A DNA stretch of 64,000 nt from Actinomycetota bacterium. Lineage in GTDB: Bacteria > Actinomycetota > Actinomycetes > Actinomycetales > Microbacteriaceae. The translations under genes and the position numbers were made by a program. Below, piece after piece: positions 53,128-63,025 of this stretch (positions within the stretch are counted from its first letter, which is position 1; every line of letters begins with the position of its first letter). The stretch spans positions 14,583 to 78,582 of the forward strand of contig JBEGSA010000002.1 of NCBI GenBank assembly GCA_041180145.1. The letters are read 5' to 3'. The notes under the pieces were generated by a model, which was not told the origin of the DNA, made no database searches, and was given only the letters and a program-made list of their open reading frames with translations.

Positions 53128-54105
53128 ATGGACATCGACTTGAGCGTTCTGAAGTTCATTGAGCGAGAGAAAGAAATCCCATTTGCCGACTTGGTGTCAA
53201 TCATTGAAGCTGCAATTCTTGCGGCCTACCACAAGCACGTCGGCAACACCGAACCAGCCCGTGCAGAGCTCAGCAAGTCGACCGGCCACGTCACCATTTA
53301 TGCGCCGACTCTCGACGAAGAGGGCAACAACATCGGCGAAACCGAAGTCACCCCCGAAAACTTTGGTCGAGTAGCGGCCGCTGCTGCCAAGCAGGTAATT
53401 TTCAACCGCCTCCGTGAAATTTCGGATGAAGGCATCTTCGGCGAGTTCCAGGGCAAAGAGGGCGATATCGTCGCTGGAGTTATTCAGCAGGGCCAGAAGC
53501 CATACATGGTTTACGTCGACCTTGGCACCATCGAGGCAATCATGCCTCCAGAAGAGCAAGTTCCGGGCGAAGATTACTCGCACGGCAAGCGCATCCGTGT
53601 CTTTGTGACCGCAGTAAATAAGGGCACCAAGGGGCCTCAGGTGACTGTTTCACGCACTCACCCAAGCCTGGTTCGCAAACTGTTTGCGCTTGAGGTTCCC
53701 GAGATTGCCAGTGGGGTAGTAGAAATCGTGTCTCTTGCCCGCGAAGCCGGTCACCGCAGCAAGATTGCTGTTCGCGCTCACGAGGCCGGCGTCAATGCCA
53801 AGGGTTCGTGCATCGGCGAGCTAGGCCAGCGCGTTCGCGCAGTTCAGGCCGAATTGAACGACGAAAAGATCGACATCGTTGACTACAGCGACGACCTGCC
53901 AACTTATGTGGCTAACGCACTTTCGCCGGCCAAGGTTTCAAGCTCTTACACCCTGGATGCCGCCACCAAGTCGGTTCGCGTTTTGGTTCCCGACTTTCAG
54001 CTATCGCTTGCGATCGGTAAAGAGGGGCAAAACGCTCGTCTTGCTGCCAAGCTAACCGGTGCCAAGATCGATATTCAGCCAGACAGCATCCTCGACGGCG
54101 AATAG
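53128..54105 (+). CDS. nusA: Transcription termination/antitermination factor NusA
   Basis: FGRVAAAAAKQ, S1 and KH domains, AREAGHRSK and LSLAIGKEGQNARLA. Confidence 0.97.
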   Translation: MDIDLSVLKFIEREKEIPFADLVSIIEAAILAAYHKHVGNTEPARAELSKSTGHVTIYAPTLDEEGNNIGETEVTPENFGRVAAAAAKQVIFNRLREISDEGIFGEFQGKEGDIVAGVIQQGQKPYMVYVDLGTIEAIMPPEEQVPGEDYSHGKRIRVFVTAVNKGTKGPQVTVSRTHPSLVRKLFALEVPEIASGVVEIVSLAREAGHRSKIAVRAHEAGVNAKGSCIGELGQRVRAVQAELNDEKIDIVDYSDDLPTYVANALSPAKVSSSYTLDAATKSVRVLVPDFQLSLAIGKEGQNARLAAKLTGAKIDIQPDSILDGE

Positions 54106-54135
54106 TTCTAGCCGTTTAGCGCAGCAGGGGTTAGA

Positions 54136-54399
54136 ATGGAGAGAACCTGCGTTGGTTGTCGCCAGCGTTCCGAGCGTGCAAATCTAATTCGCGTGGTCGA
54201 GCAGTCAAATTCTTTGATTTTCGATCGCAACAAATCTTTGCCCGGCCGCGGGGCTTGGCTTCATCAAGCGCAGCAATGTTTAGAGTTAGCAATTTCTCGA
54301 AGAGCGTTTTTTCGAGCTTTGAAACTTAAGAGCCAGCCCGACACATCAGGGTTGGTTTTCACTAAAGAACAGGCAGAAACGATGTTGGCAAACAAATGA
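54136..54399 (+). CDS. ylxR: YlxR (DUF448) RNA-binding protein
   Basis: RTCVGCR and PGRGAWLH; located between nusA and infB. Confidence 0.9.
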   Translation: MERTCVGCRQRSERANLIRVVEQSNSLIFDRNKSLPGRGAWLHQAQQCLELAISRRAFFRALKLKSQPDTSGLVFTKEQAETMLANK

Positions 54400-54474
54400 G
54401 TAACTCGAAATGAGTACCCAACAGCTTTAACGGCCTGCCCTGTCTAGGGAAGGCCCCAGACAGGAGAAACAAAA

Positions 54475-57186
54475 GTGGCGCTACCACGCGTATACGACAT
54501 CGCTAAGGAACTTGGAATCGATTCCAAGGTTGCCCTAGCCAAACTTCAAGAACTCGGCGAATTCGTCAAGAGCGGTTCTTCAACGATTGCCCCTCCGGTA
54601 GCTAAGAAGCTCCGCGATGCATTCCCAAACGCAGCGCCAAAGGAAGAAGCCCCAAAGGCTGCACCTAAGGCTGCGCCAAAGACCGAGGCTGCACCTGCCG
54701 CCCCAGCGCCTGCTGCACCAGCTCCGACTCCAGCAGCGGCTGCTCCTGCAGCGCCTGCGACTCCGGCGGCTACACCTGCGGCATCGGCTCCAGCTCCGGC
54801 TGCTCCGGTCGCCGCTGCGCCAGCTCCGGCAGCAGCGCCTTCTCCAGCAGCAGCGCCTTCAAGCACTTCAACCCCTGGCATTCCTCGCCCAGGCAACAAC
54901 CCTTTCGCTGCGTCACAGGGCATGGGCATTCCTCGTCCAGTTAGTCGTCCAGGCAACAACCCATTCGCGCCTTCACAGGGCATGGGGCGTCCGGGTGCAC
55001 CTCGTCCAGGCACTCCTCGTCCAGGTGGTCCACGTCCGGCTGGTGCCGGTGGTCCTGGTGGCGCTGGTCGTCCGGCTGGTGCCGGTGGTCCTGGTCGTCC
55101 AGGCGGTTTCTCAGGTGGCCCACGTCCTGCCGGCGCTGGCTTCCAGCGACCTGGCGGTGCTCCGGGTGCCGGTGGCGCTCCAGCAGCTGGCGGTTTCTCA
55201 CGCCCAGGCGGTGGCCCAGGTGGTCGCGGTCGCGGCGTTGGCGGCGGAACCGCAGGTGCCTTTGGTAAGGGTGGCGCGCGTGGCCAGAGCAAGGCTCGCA
55301 AGTCAAAGCGTGCCAAGCGCGAAGAATTCGAACAGAGAAGCAATGCTCCATCACTCGGTGGCGCGATTGTTCCACGCGGTGACGGCTCGACCGTAATCCG
55401 CATTCGTCGTGGATCATCGATCCAAGACTTCGCAGACAAGATTGAGACCAATGCGGCACAGCTCATCACCGTTCTGTTCCACCTTGGTCAAATGGCAACC
55501 GCTACCGCTTCTCTAGACGAAGACACCTTCCAGATTCTCGGTGAAGAGCTCGGTTACAAGATCGAGGTCGTATCACCAGAAGACGAAGAGCGAGAGCTAT
55601 TCGAAGGCTTCGGTCTAGACATCTCGACCGACTACGACGATGACGAAGATGACCTTGTGGCTCGTCCACCGGTGGTCACCGTTATGGGTCACGTTGACCA
55701 CGGTAAGACTCGCTTGCTCGACACCATTCGTAACTCGAACGTGATCGCAGGTGAAGCCGGTGGCATCACCCAGCACATCGGTGCCTACCAGGTGCACGTT
55801 CAGCACGACGGTGTAGACCGCGCGATTACCTTCATCGACACCCCGGGTCACGAGGCGTTTACCGCTATGCGTGCTCGTGGTGCTCAGGTTACCGACCTTG
55901 CCATCCTGGTTGTAGCAGCCGACGACGGCGTTATGCCGCAGACCATCGAAGCGTTGAACCACGCTCAGTCTGCCGGTGTGCCAATCGTTGTCGCTGTCAA
56001 CAAGACCGATAAAGAAGGCGCAAACCCAGCCAAGATTCGCCAGCAGCTCACCGAGTTCAACTTGGTCGCCGAAGAATACGGTGGCGATGTCATGTTCGTC
56101 GATGTCTCTGCTCTAACCGGCAAGGGTATGGCCGAGCTTCTAGATGCAGTTCTGCTAACCGCAGACGCCGCTCTAGACATGCGTGCTAACCCAAACAAGG
56201 ATGCCCGCGGTGTGGCAATCGAAGCGAACCTAGACAAGGGTCGTGGTTCGGTCGCTACCGTTCTGATTCAGTCTGGAACGCTTCGTGTCGGTGATTCAAT
56301 CGTCGCTGGCGCCGCCCACGGTCGTGTGCGTGCCATGTTCGACGAGAACGGCAATGCTGTCGAAGCTGCCGAGCCAAGTCGTCCGGTTCAGGTTCTAGGT
56401 CTGCAGTCTGTGCCTCGAGCCGGTGACACCTTCGTGGTTACCGACGATGAGCGTCAGGCACGTCAGATCGCCGAGAAGCGCGAAGCGGCTGACCGTAACG
56501 CACTTCTTGCTAAGACTCGCAAGCGGATCAGCCTCGAAGACTTCACCAAGGCACTCGAAGACGGCAAGGTTGAGTCACTCAACTTGGTCATCAAGGGTGA
56601 CGTTTCTGGTGCAGTTGAAGCTCTTGAAGACTCGCTACTCAAGATCGAAGTTGACGACTCAGTTCAGCTGCGCATCATCCACCGTGGCGTTGGTGCAATC
56701 ACCGAATCAGATGTCAACCTTGCAACCGTTGATAACGCAATCATCATCGGCTTCAACGTCAAGCCTGACAACAAGGCCAAAGAGCGCGCAGACCGCGAGG
56801 GTGTCGACATTCGTCAATACTCGGTCATCTATGGGGTCCTCGACGACATCGAGAAGGCTCTCAAGGGCATGCTCAAGCCAGAATACGAAGAGGCGCAGCT
56901 TGGTACCGCAGAGGTACGCGAACTGTTCAAGTCTTCAAAGGTCGGAACCATTGCTGGTTCGATCGTTCGTTCTGGTTCGATCAAGCGCAACTCACTTGCC
57001 CGCGTTCTTCGCGACGGCAAGGTCATCGCTGACAACCTCAAGATTGAGTCGCTAAAGCGCTTCAAGGATGACGCCACCGAGGTCAAGACCGACTTCGAAT
57101 GTGGTATCGGACTTCAGGGCTTCAACGATCTTCAGCTTGAAGACATCATCGAGACCTTCGAGATGCGCGAAAAGCCTCGCGTCTAA
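54475..57186 (+). CDS. infB: Translation initiation factor IF-2
   Basis: [21 protein letters not shown] and NKTD; Pro/Ala/Gly-rich N-terminus with duplicated RPGNNPF. Confidence 0.99.
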   Translation: MALPRVYDIAKELGIDSKVALAKLQELGEFVKSGSSTIAPPVAKKLRDAFPNAAPKEEAPKAAPKAAPKTEAAPAAPAPAAPAPTPAAAAPAAPATPAATPAASAPAPAAPVAAAPAPAAAPSPAAAPSSTSTPGIPRPGNNPFAASQGMGIPRPVSRPGNNPFAPSQGMGRPGAPRPGTPRPGGPRPAGAGGPGGAGRPAGAGGPGRPGGFSGGPRPAGAGFQRPGGAPGAGGAPAAGGFSRPGGGPGGRGRGVGGGTAGAFGKGGARGQSKARKSKRAKREEFEQRSNAPSLGGAIVPRGDGSTVIRIRRGSSIQDFADKIETNAAQLITVLFHLGQMATATASLDEDTFQILGEELGYKIEVVSPEDEERELFEGFGLDISTDYDDDEDDLVARPPVVTVMGHVDHGKTRLLDTIRNSNVIAGEAGGITQHIGAYQVHVQHDGVDRAITFIDTPGHEAFTAMRARGAQVTDLAILVVAADDGVMPQTIEALNHAQSAGVPIVVAVNKTDKEGANPAKIRQQLTEFNLVAEEYGGDVMFVDVSALTGKGMAELLDAVLLTADAALDMRANPNKDARGVAIEANLDKGRGSVATVLIQSGTLRVGDSIVAGAAHGRVRAMFDENGNAVEAAEPSRPVQVLGLQSVPRAGDTFVVTDDERQARQIAEKREAADRNALLAKTRKRISLEDFTKALEDGKVESLNLVIKGDVSGAVEALEDSLLKIEVDDSVQLRIIHRGVGAITESDVNLATVDNAIIIGFNVKPDNKAKERADREGVDIRQYSVIYGVLDDIEKALKGMLKPEYEEAQLGTAEVRELFKSSKVGTIAGSIVRSGSIKRNSLARVLRDGKVIADNLKIESLKRFKDDATEVKTDFECGIGLQGFNDLQLEDIIETFEMREKPRV

Positions 57187-57197
57187 GGATCTGACTG

Positions 57198-57650
57198 ATG
57201 GTAGACGTTGCCCGCGCCAGAAAACTGGCCGAACGCATCAAAGTTTTGGTTGCCGAAGCATTAGAGAAGGCCGTAAAGGACCCGGATCTAGGCTTCGTCA
57301 CCATCACCGATGTGAAAGTTACCCCTGACCTTCAGCACTCGACCATTTTCTACACGGTTTATGGCTCGGCTGAAGACAAGAAGCGCAGCGGTGAAATCAT
57401 CGACAAGAACCGCGGTTTGATTCGACGTGAGGTTGGCCACAATCTCAACATTCGCCTCACGCCGACCATCGAGTTCATCGCCGATGAGGTTCCCGAGACC
57501 GCGGCTCACATGAACGACCTGTTGGCCGAGGCAAAGGCACGCGACGCTGAAGTGGCTCGCATCGCCGCCGAAGCCAAGTGGGCCGGTGAAGAAAACCCTT
57601 ATAAAGAACCGCGCCAAATCGTAGACGAATACGACGAGGAAGACGAGTAA
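57198..57650 (+). CDS. rbfA: 30S ribosome-binding factor A
   Basis: KDPDLGFVTITDV..TPDL and IRLTPTIEF. Confidence 0.96.
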   Translation: MVDVARARKLAERIKVLVAEALEKAVKDPDLGFVTITDVKVTPDLQHSTIFYTVYGSAEDKKRSGEIIDKNRGLIRREVGHNLNIRLTPTIEFIADEVPETAAHMNDLLAEAKARDAEVARIAAEAKWAGEENPYKEPRQIVDEYDEEDE

Positions 57651-58559
57651 GTGTCTTCTGGCCTGGTTCTGATCGACAAGCCTTCTGGCTGGACCAGTCA
57701 CGATGTGGTTGCTCGCCTTCGCAAGATTGCGGGCACCCGTCGGGTCGGCCACGCGGGCACATTAGACCCAATGGCCACCGGGTTGCTGCTGATCGGCATC
57801 AACTCGGCCACCAAGTTGCTGACCTTTCTAGTTGGCGAAGATAAGACCTACGAAGCCACGATTCGCCTGGGTGCATCAACCATTACCGACGACAAAGAGT
57901 CCGAATTTCTTGAGGTCGCCTCTGCCGCCGCGGTGTCTGCCATCACAATTCAAAAACTGCAAGCTGCCTTGGATGCGCTTCGCGGCGCAATCATGCAGGT
58001 GCCAAGCTCGGTTAGCGCAATCAAGGTCGATGGAGAACGTGCCTACGCCAAGGTTCGCTCTGGCGACGAGGTAAAGCTCGCAGCAAGACCAGTCACCATC
58101 AAGCGCTTTGAGGTGCTTGGCGAGCCTCGGCTAGTGGTCGAAGGCGAAAACACCTTTCTAGACTTCGATGCCGTCATTGACTGCACCTCAGGAACTTACA
58201 TCCGGGCTCTCGCTCGCGATCTTGGTGCAAGCCTCGATGTTGGCGGGCACCTCACTGCACTGCGTCGCACCAAAATCGGCAGCTACCTGGTTGAACAGGC
58301 CCAGTCGCTAGAAGGTCTAACCCCAGAGTCACTCGAGGTGATCGACATCTCGATGGCCGCCCGCCAGCAATTCGTCGCACGAGAGCTTTCTGAGCAAGAT
58401 GAAATCGATTTGCGTCATGGCAAGCGCCTCAAGGCAGCGGGTGAAACCGCAGAACCTATCGCCGGTTTTGGTCCCAGCGGAAACCTGGTGGCCATGCTCA
58501 CCAAATCTGGCAAAGACCTAAAGTCTCTCGTCGTCTTTGCGGGGTCGAACGATGATTAA
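57651..58559 (+). CDS. truB: tRNA pseudouridine(55) synthase
   Basis: DKPSGWTSHDVV, GHAGTLDP, SAIKVDG and SGTYIR. Confidence 0.97.
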   Translation: MSSGLVLIDKPSGWTSHDVVARLRKIAGTRRVGHAGTLDPMATGLLLIGINSATKLLTFLVGEDKTYEATIRLGASTITDDKESEFLEVASAAAVSAITIQKLQAALDALRGAIMQVPSSVSAIKVDGERAYAKVRSGDEVKLAARPVTIKRFEVLGEPRLVVEGENTFLDFDAVIDCTSGTYIRALARDLGASLDVGGHLTALRRTKIGSYLVEQAQSLEGLTPESLEVIDISMAARQQFVARELSEQDEIDLRHGKRLKAAGETAEPIAGFGPSGNLVAMLTKSGKDLKSLVVFAGSNDD

Positions 58560-58917
58560 TTGGCTCTACGAATCCCAGCTTTGGGTCTATCTGATTGTCG
58601 GTTTGCTGAGTGCATTTTTGGGATTGATCAAGCGCAAACCGAGTGGCCTAACCATCGGTGCGCTGGCCCTTGTCGAGGTCGGGCTCGTTGTTCAACTGGT
58701 GGCATCCATTGTTTTGGTGGTCGGGGGAGATCGGGCCAAGCAAGATACAGTCGAATTCTTTGCCTACCTGCTTGTAGCCATGCTCATTCCCGCTGCCGCG
58801 GCCTTTTGGGCACTCATTGAGCGCACCCGCTGGTCTACGGTGATCTTGGGTGTAGGCGCGCTCACGGTGGCAGTGATGCTTGTGCGCATGCACCAAATTT
58901 GGACCGGAACTAATTAG
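58552..58917 (+). CDS. Conserved actinobacterial 4-TM membrane protein downstream of truB
   Basis: WALIERTRWS...RMHQIW motif; ATG 58552 overlaps the end of truB. Confidence 0.75.
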   Translation: MINWLYESQLWVYLIVGLLSAFLGLIKRKPSGLTIGALALVEVGLVVQLVASIVLVVGGDRAKQDTVEFFAYLLVAMLIPAAAAFWALIERTRWSTVILGVGALTVAVMLVRMHQIWTGTN

Positions 58918-58920
58918 TTA

Positions 58921-58964
58921 ATTCACCTGCCGTTCACTTAATGAAAAGGTTGCCTTCACATGGC
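58921..58964 (+). promoter_or_regulatory. PHO-box-like 11-nt direct repeats upstream of pstC
   Basis: ATTCACCTGCC/GTTCACTTAAT/(GAAAAGGTTGC)/CTTCACATGGC in exact 11-nt phase; resembles the actinobacterial PhoP GTTCACC unit. Confidence 0.7.
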
Positions 58965-58981
58965 GAAGCGACTATTTAGTC

Positions 58982-59959
58982 ATGACTTTGAACGTCGATC
59001 GACCGGTTCCCGAGCGCCGCAAACTCGCAGCCAAGCCATTTTCTAAAGCCGACCGCGTTTTCTTTGGTGTTGCCAGAGCCGCAGCCTTTTCTGCGATCGT
59101 CATCGTATCTTTGATTTTGGTTTTCCTGGTCAGCCGTTCGGCATCGACTTTCGCCGAGCAGGGCATCATTGATTTCATCTTTGGTTCGACCTGGGATGCC
59201 TCTTTGAGCCCAATCAAAATGCAGCTTTGGCCAATGCTTTGGGGTTCGATCCTCATCTCTCTGATTGGCACGGCACTAGCTGTTCCGATGGCAATTTCAA
59301 TTGCGTATTTCATCGAGTTCATGGCGCCCAAGCGCGTTGCCAAAGTGGCCACGCTAATCGTCGACCTAATGGCTGCAATCCCGTCGATCGTGTTGGGTCT
59401 CTGGGGCGCGTTTGTGTTCACCGACGTGGCTGCTGGTTGGTCTAAGCAGCTCAACGCTTTGTTCGGCTGGATTCCAATCTTCGAAAACAACAGCGACAAC
59501 TTCTTGCGCAGCCCGTTTATCGCGGGGCTTGTCGTGACAGTGATGATTGTGCCGATCATCGCTTCTATCACCCGTGAAATCTTTAGCCAAATGGACCGCG
59601 ACATCATCAACGCCTCGCTGGCTCTTGGCGGAAACCGAGAGTCAACTCTTCGAAAGGTGATTTTGCCTACTGCGGGCGGTGGTGTGGTTGGAGGTGTTTT
59701 GCTTGGCCTTGGTCGTGCCCTCGGTGAGACAGTTGCCATTCTCTATGTTTTGAACCTGGTTTTCGACACCAACTGGTACCAAATTCTTGAATCAAAGGGT
59801 GGCTCGATTGCATCGATGATCATCTCAAAGTTTGGTGAAGCCGGGCCAGAAGAGGTAGGCGGGCTCATGGCCGCTGGTGTGGTTCTTTTTGTCTTCACGC
59901 TAATCATCAATGCATTGGCTTCATACATCGTTGCAAAGGCTCAGCCATGGAGAAAGTAA
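58982..59959 (+). CDS. pstC: Phosphate ABC transporter permease PstC
   Basis: DLMAAIPSIVLGLWG and LGLGRALGET. Confidence 0.94.
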   Translation: MTLNVDRPVPERRKLAAKPFSKADRVFFGVARAAAFSAIVIVSLILVFLVSRSASTFAEQGIIDFIFGSTWDASLSPIKMQLWPMLWGSILISLIGTALAVPMAISIAYFIEFMAPKRVAKVATLIVDLMAAIPSIVLGLWGAFVFTDVAAGWSKQLNALFGWIPIFENNSDNFLRSPFIAGLVVTVMIVPIIASITREIFSQMDRDIINASLALGGNRESTLRKVILPTAGGGVVGGVLLGLGRALGETVAILYVLNLVFDTNWYQILESKGGSIASMIISKFGEAGPEEVGGLMAAGVVLFVFTLIINALASYIVAKAQPWRK

Positions 59960-61029
59960 TCGACCTAACTCCCGTTCAGCGCCCAAAGGGCAATGAGTCG
60001 GCACCCTGGGCCAAGATTGAGCTCAAGACCCGAGCAGCTGTGGTTCTAGCCTCGGTTGTTCCTGGAGCGATAGCCCTAGCAATTTTCTTCGCGACCGGCA
60101 TCGACTTCATGGCGATGCTGTTCGCCATCTTCATGCCAATTCAAGTTGTTGCTGCTGCCTTGGTCGGAATCCTGGTTTACGGCCGTCGCGGCATTCTTGA
60201 AGGCTTGCTTGTTGTAGTGACGATTTTCTTTGCTTCGTTTATTGTCGTGTTGTTGTTCTCCGTCCTATGGTCGGTCATCGACAACGGTTCACGCGCGATT
60301 AGCTGGCAGTTCATTTCGCAGAACAACTACTACATCAAGCCGAACACCAGCCTTGACTATGGAGGCGTAGGCCACGCAATTATTGGCTCGCTCTTGATTG
60401 TTGGCACTTCGACCATAATCACCGTGCCAATGGGGCTTGCTACTGCTGTGTACCTCACCGAAACCCAGGGCAAAACCAAGGGCATCATCCGCACCCTCCT
60501 GCAGGCCATGTCGGGGCTTCCATCTGTAGTGTCTGGTCTGTTCATCTACGCGGCATTCATCGCCTCGGGTATTACCAGCTACGCGGGATGGACTGGTTCT
60601 CTAGCGCTCATTCCACTGATGCTTCCAACGGTTGCGAGGGTGTCCGAAGAGGCGCTTCGTTTGGTTCCTCAAGAGCTTCGCAACGGTGCCCTAGCTCTTG
60701 GAGCACCGGTATGGCGAGCCTTCATGATGGTAACCCTTCCTGCCGCGCGGTCAGGAATGGTGACAGCCGTACTTCTCGGAATTGCCCGAGTCATCGGTGA
60801 GACTGCGCCTTTGGTGCTAACAACTTTTGCCGCTGACCGAACAAACTTGAATCTATTTGGTGGGGCTATGGCATCGCTACCTACCTACCTATTTGGCTTC
60901 ATTTCGATGGGTTTCGAAGAAAGCCTCCAACGCGCATGGGGAGCTGCCCTCGTCATCATGATCCTCGTAGCAATCCTGTTCACCACCGCGCGACTTGCGT
61001 CACGCACCCGCTCTCAGGTCAGAAAGTAA
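59947..61029 (+). CDS. pstA: Phosphate ABC transporter permease PstA
   Basis: [30 protein letters not shown] and RAWGAAL. Confidence 0.94.
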   Translation: MEKVIDLTPVQRPKGNESAPWAKIELKTRAAVVLASVVPGAIALAIFFATGIDFMAMLFAIFMPIQVVAAALVGILVYGRRGILEGLLVVVTIFFASFIVVLLFSVLWSVIDNGSRAISWQFISQNNYYIKPNTSLDYGGVGHAIIGSLLIVGTSTIITVPMGLATAVYLTETQGKTKGIIRTLLQAMSGLPSVVSGLFIYAAFIASGITSYAGWTGSLALIPLMLPTVARVSEEALRLVPQELRNGALALGAPVWRAFMMVTLPAARSGMVTAVLLGIARVIGETAPLVLTTFAADRTNLNLFGGAMASLPTYLFGFISMGFEESLQRAWGAALVIMILVAILFTTARLASRTRSQVRK

Positions 61030-61036
61030 AGCGAAA

Positions 61037-61816
61037 ATGACACTAAACAACTCGCACCTTCGCTCAGAAGACGTAAACGTCTGGTTTGGTGAGCGTCACG
61101 TTCTAAAAAACGTCTCACTCGAGTTCCCCAGCAACCAGGTCACCGCGCTAATCGGCCCTTCGGGCTGCGGCAAGTCGACCTTCATTCGCACTCTCAACCG
61201 CATGCACGAGCTAATCCCGTCGGCTGGTTTCGGCGGCAAGGTTCTGCTCGACGGTGAAGACATCTATGGTGAGGGTGTTGACCCGGTTAAAGTGCGCCTC
61301 AAGGTCGGCATGGTTTTCCAAAAGCCAAACCCGTTCCCGACTATGACTATCAAAGAGAACGTGCTGTCTGGGCTCAAGCTGTCTGGCCGCAAGTCCGACA
61401 ACGCTTCAGAGCTTGTCGAGACCTCGCTTCGTCGTGCATCTATCTGGAACGAAGTCAAGGATCGTCTCAACGACCCGGCAATCTCACTTTCGGGCGGACA
61501 ACAGCAGCGTTTGTGTATCGCTCGATCGTTGGCTATGGACCCAGAGGTACTTTTGATGGATGAGCCTTGTTCGGCCCTAGACCCTGGCTCTACTCGTCGA
61601 ATCGAGGAGACCATTCTTGAACTGGCTCCTCAGATGACCATCGTCATCGTTACTCACAACATGCAGCAGGCTCAGCGTGTTGCAGACCAGACTGCGTTCT
61701 TCTTAGCCGAAGATGGCAACCCCGGTCATGTGGTTGAGTTTGGTCGCACCGAGCAGGTATTTGAGCAGCCAATTGACCCACGCACCAACGACTACGTCAA
61801 CGGTCACTTCGGGTAA
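61037..61816 (+). CDS. pstB: Phosphate ABC transporter ATP-binding protein PstB
   Basis: [34 protein letters not shown] and THNMQQA; start ATG 61037. Confidence 0.96.
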   Translation: MTLNNSHLRSEDVNVWFGERHVLKNVSLEFPSNQVTALIGPSGCGKSTFIRTLNRMHELIPSAGFGGKVLLDGEDIYGEGVDPVKVRLKVGMVFQKPNPFPTMTIKENVLSGLKLSGRKSDNASELVETSLRRASIWNEVKDRLNDPAISLSGGQQQRLCIARSLAMDPEVLLMDEPCSALDPGSTRRIEETILELAPQMTIVIVTHNMQQAQRVADQTAFFLAEDGNPGHVVEFGRTEQVFEQPIDPRTNDYVNGHFG

Positions 61817-61888
61817 CCAATTGTTCACTTTGGCTTTGCCTCAAGGCAACCCAAACCGTTCATTCGGTTAACTTCAGAATCGTTCAAT
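61812..61888 (+). promoter_or_regulatory. Internal PHO-box-like repeats upstream of pstS
   Basis: GGTAACC (61812), GTTCACT (61823), GGCAACC (61845) and GTTAACT (61867) in 11-nt phase; further GTTCA units at 61858 and 61882. Confidence 0.5.
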
Positions 61889-61927
61889 AGAAGTGTCGAA
61901 AGACCAACATCTATCAAGGAGAAACAA

Positions 61928-62938
61928 ATGAAACGCTCTCTAACTGGCATCATCGCAGCGGTTGCGCTAGCCGGCACCGTGGCACTAGTTGGCCCAGCTG
62001 CAATGGCCAAGGAGACTCTCAAGTCATCTGGCAGTTCTTATGCGAACGCCATGATGCAGGCATGCAAGACTCACTACTCAGAAGCTGACCTTGTCTACAC
62101 TTCAACCGGTTCAGGTACTGGCCGTTCGCAGTTCAAGTCTGGCGCTACCAACTTCGGCATGTCGGACTCTCCTTACAAGGCCGGCGATGCTCCAGCTAAG
62201 ATGACCTACGTTCCATTGGTTGGCGGCCCAATTGCCATTGTTTACAACGTTCCTGGTCTAACCAAGGTCAACCTTACCGCTCCAATCATTGCCGACATCT
62301 ACCTTGGCAACATCACCAAGTGGAACGACAAGTCGATTGTCGCAATCAACAAGGGTGCAAAACTTCCGGCTCAGACCATTCAGCCGGTCTACCGTCAGGA
62401 CTCATCGGGTACCTCAGAGAACTTCACCGCTTACCTAGCCCAGGCTGCTGCCGGCAAGGGTTTCAAGGCTGCTTCAACCTTCAACACTATTTCGGGTGTC
62501 AAGGGAACCGCTGCCAACCAAAACACCGGTGTCACCACTGCGGTTAAGAACACCAAGTACTCGATTGCTTACGCAGACCTCTCAGACGCTATGGCTCAGA
62601 ACCTATCGACTGCCTGGTTGAAGAACGGTGTTGGTCAGTTCATCAAGCCGTCCGTTCGATCTTCGGCCGCATTCCTTTCAAAGCAGATTGTTTCAAAGAA
62701 GGGTCTAGTTAACTTCCAGTACACCGCCCCAGTAAACGGTGGATACAACGCGTCACTGGTTGCTTACGCACTTGCTCCAGCTGGTCGCAACGGCTCTTCA
62801 GACAAGCTGATCGCAGGTTACCTCAAGGACTACGTGAACTCATGTGCTCCTGCAGAGGCGGCCAAGCTAGGCTACGTAGCAATCACCGGTGACCTGAAGA
62901 AGACTGCTCTAAGCCTTATCGATCTAATCGCGGGTTAG
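61928..62938 (+). CDS. pstS: Phosphate ABC transporter substrate-binding protein PstS (Sec signal, no lipobox)
   Basis: SGSS, STGSGTG, FGMSD, KWND and YRQDSSGTS phosphate-binding motifs. Confidence 0.92.
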   Translation: MKRSLTGIIAAVALAGTVALVGPAAMAKETLKSSGSSYANAMMQACKTHYSEADLVYTSTGSGTGRSQFKSGATNFGMSDSPYKAGDAPAKMTYVPLVGGPIAIVYNVPGLTKVNLTAPIIADIYLGNITKWNDKSIVAINKGAKLPAQTIQPVYRQDSSGTSENFTAYLAQAAAGKGFKAASTFNTISGVKGTAANQNTGVTTAVKNTKYSIAYADLSDAMAQNLSTAWLKNGVGQFIKPSVRSSAAFLSKQIVSKKGLVNFQYTAPVNGGYNASLVAYALAPAGRNGSSDKLIAGYLKDYVNSCAPAEAAKLGYVAITGDLKKTALSLIDLIAG

Positions 62939-62959
62939 TCGATTCAAGTCCAACGGGGG

Positions 62960-62988
62960 AGAGCACGGCCAGAAATTGGCCGTGCTCT
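62960..62988 (+). terminator. Stem-loop after pstS (terminator or mRNA stabiliser)
   Basis: AGAGCACGGCCA-GAAAT-TGGCCGTGCTCT; no strong U-tract. Confidence 0.6.
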
Positions 62989-63025
62989 TCACTAGTTTCA
63001 AAAAAAAGAAATTCAGGAGTCACAG

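Noticed and set aside
54876-55100. Direct repeats in infB (RPGNNPF twice; RPAGAGGPG twice) as CRISPR or mobile repeats
   Set aside because: They are in-frame coding repeats typical of the actinobacterial IF-2 N-terminus, with no spacer structure and no cas genes.
54546-55469. Long antisense and alternative-frame ORFs (307, 259 and 172 aa) over the infB N-terminus
   Set aside because: They are by-products of the GC-rich Pro/Ala/Gly low-complexity coding region, which lacks stops in other frames; they have no recognisable motifs.
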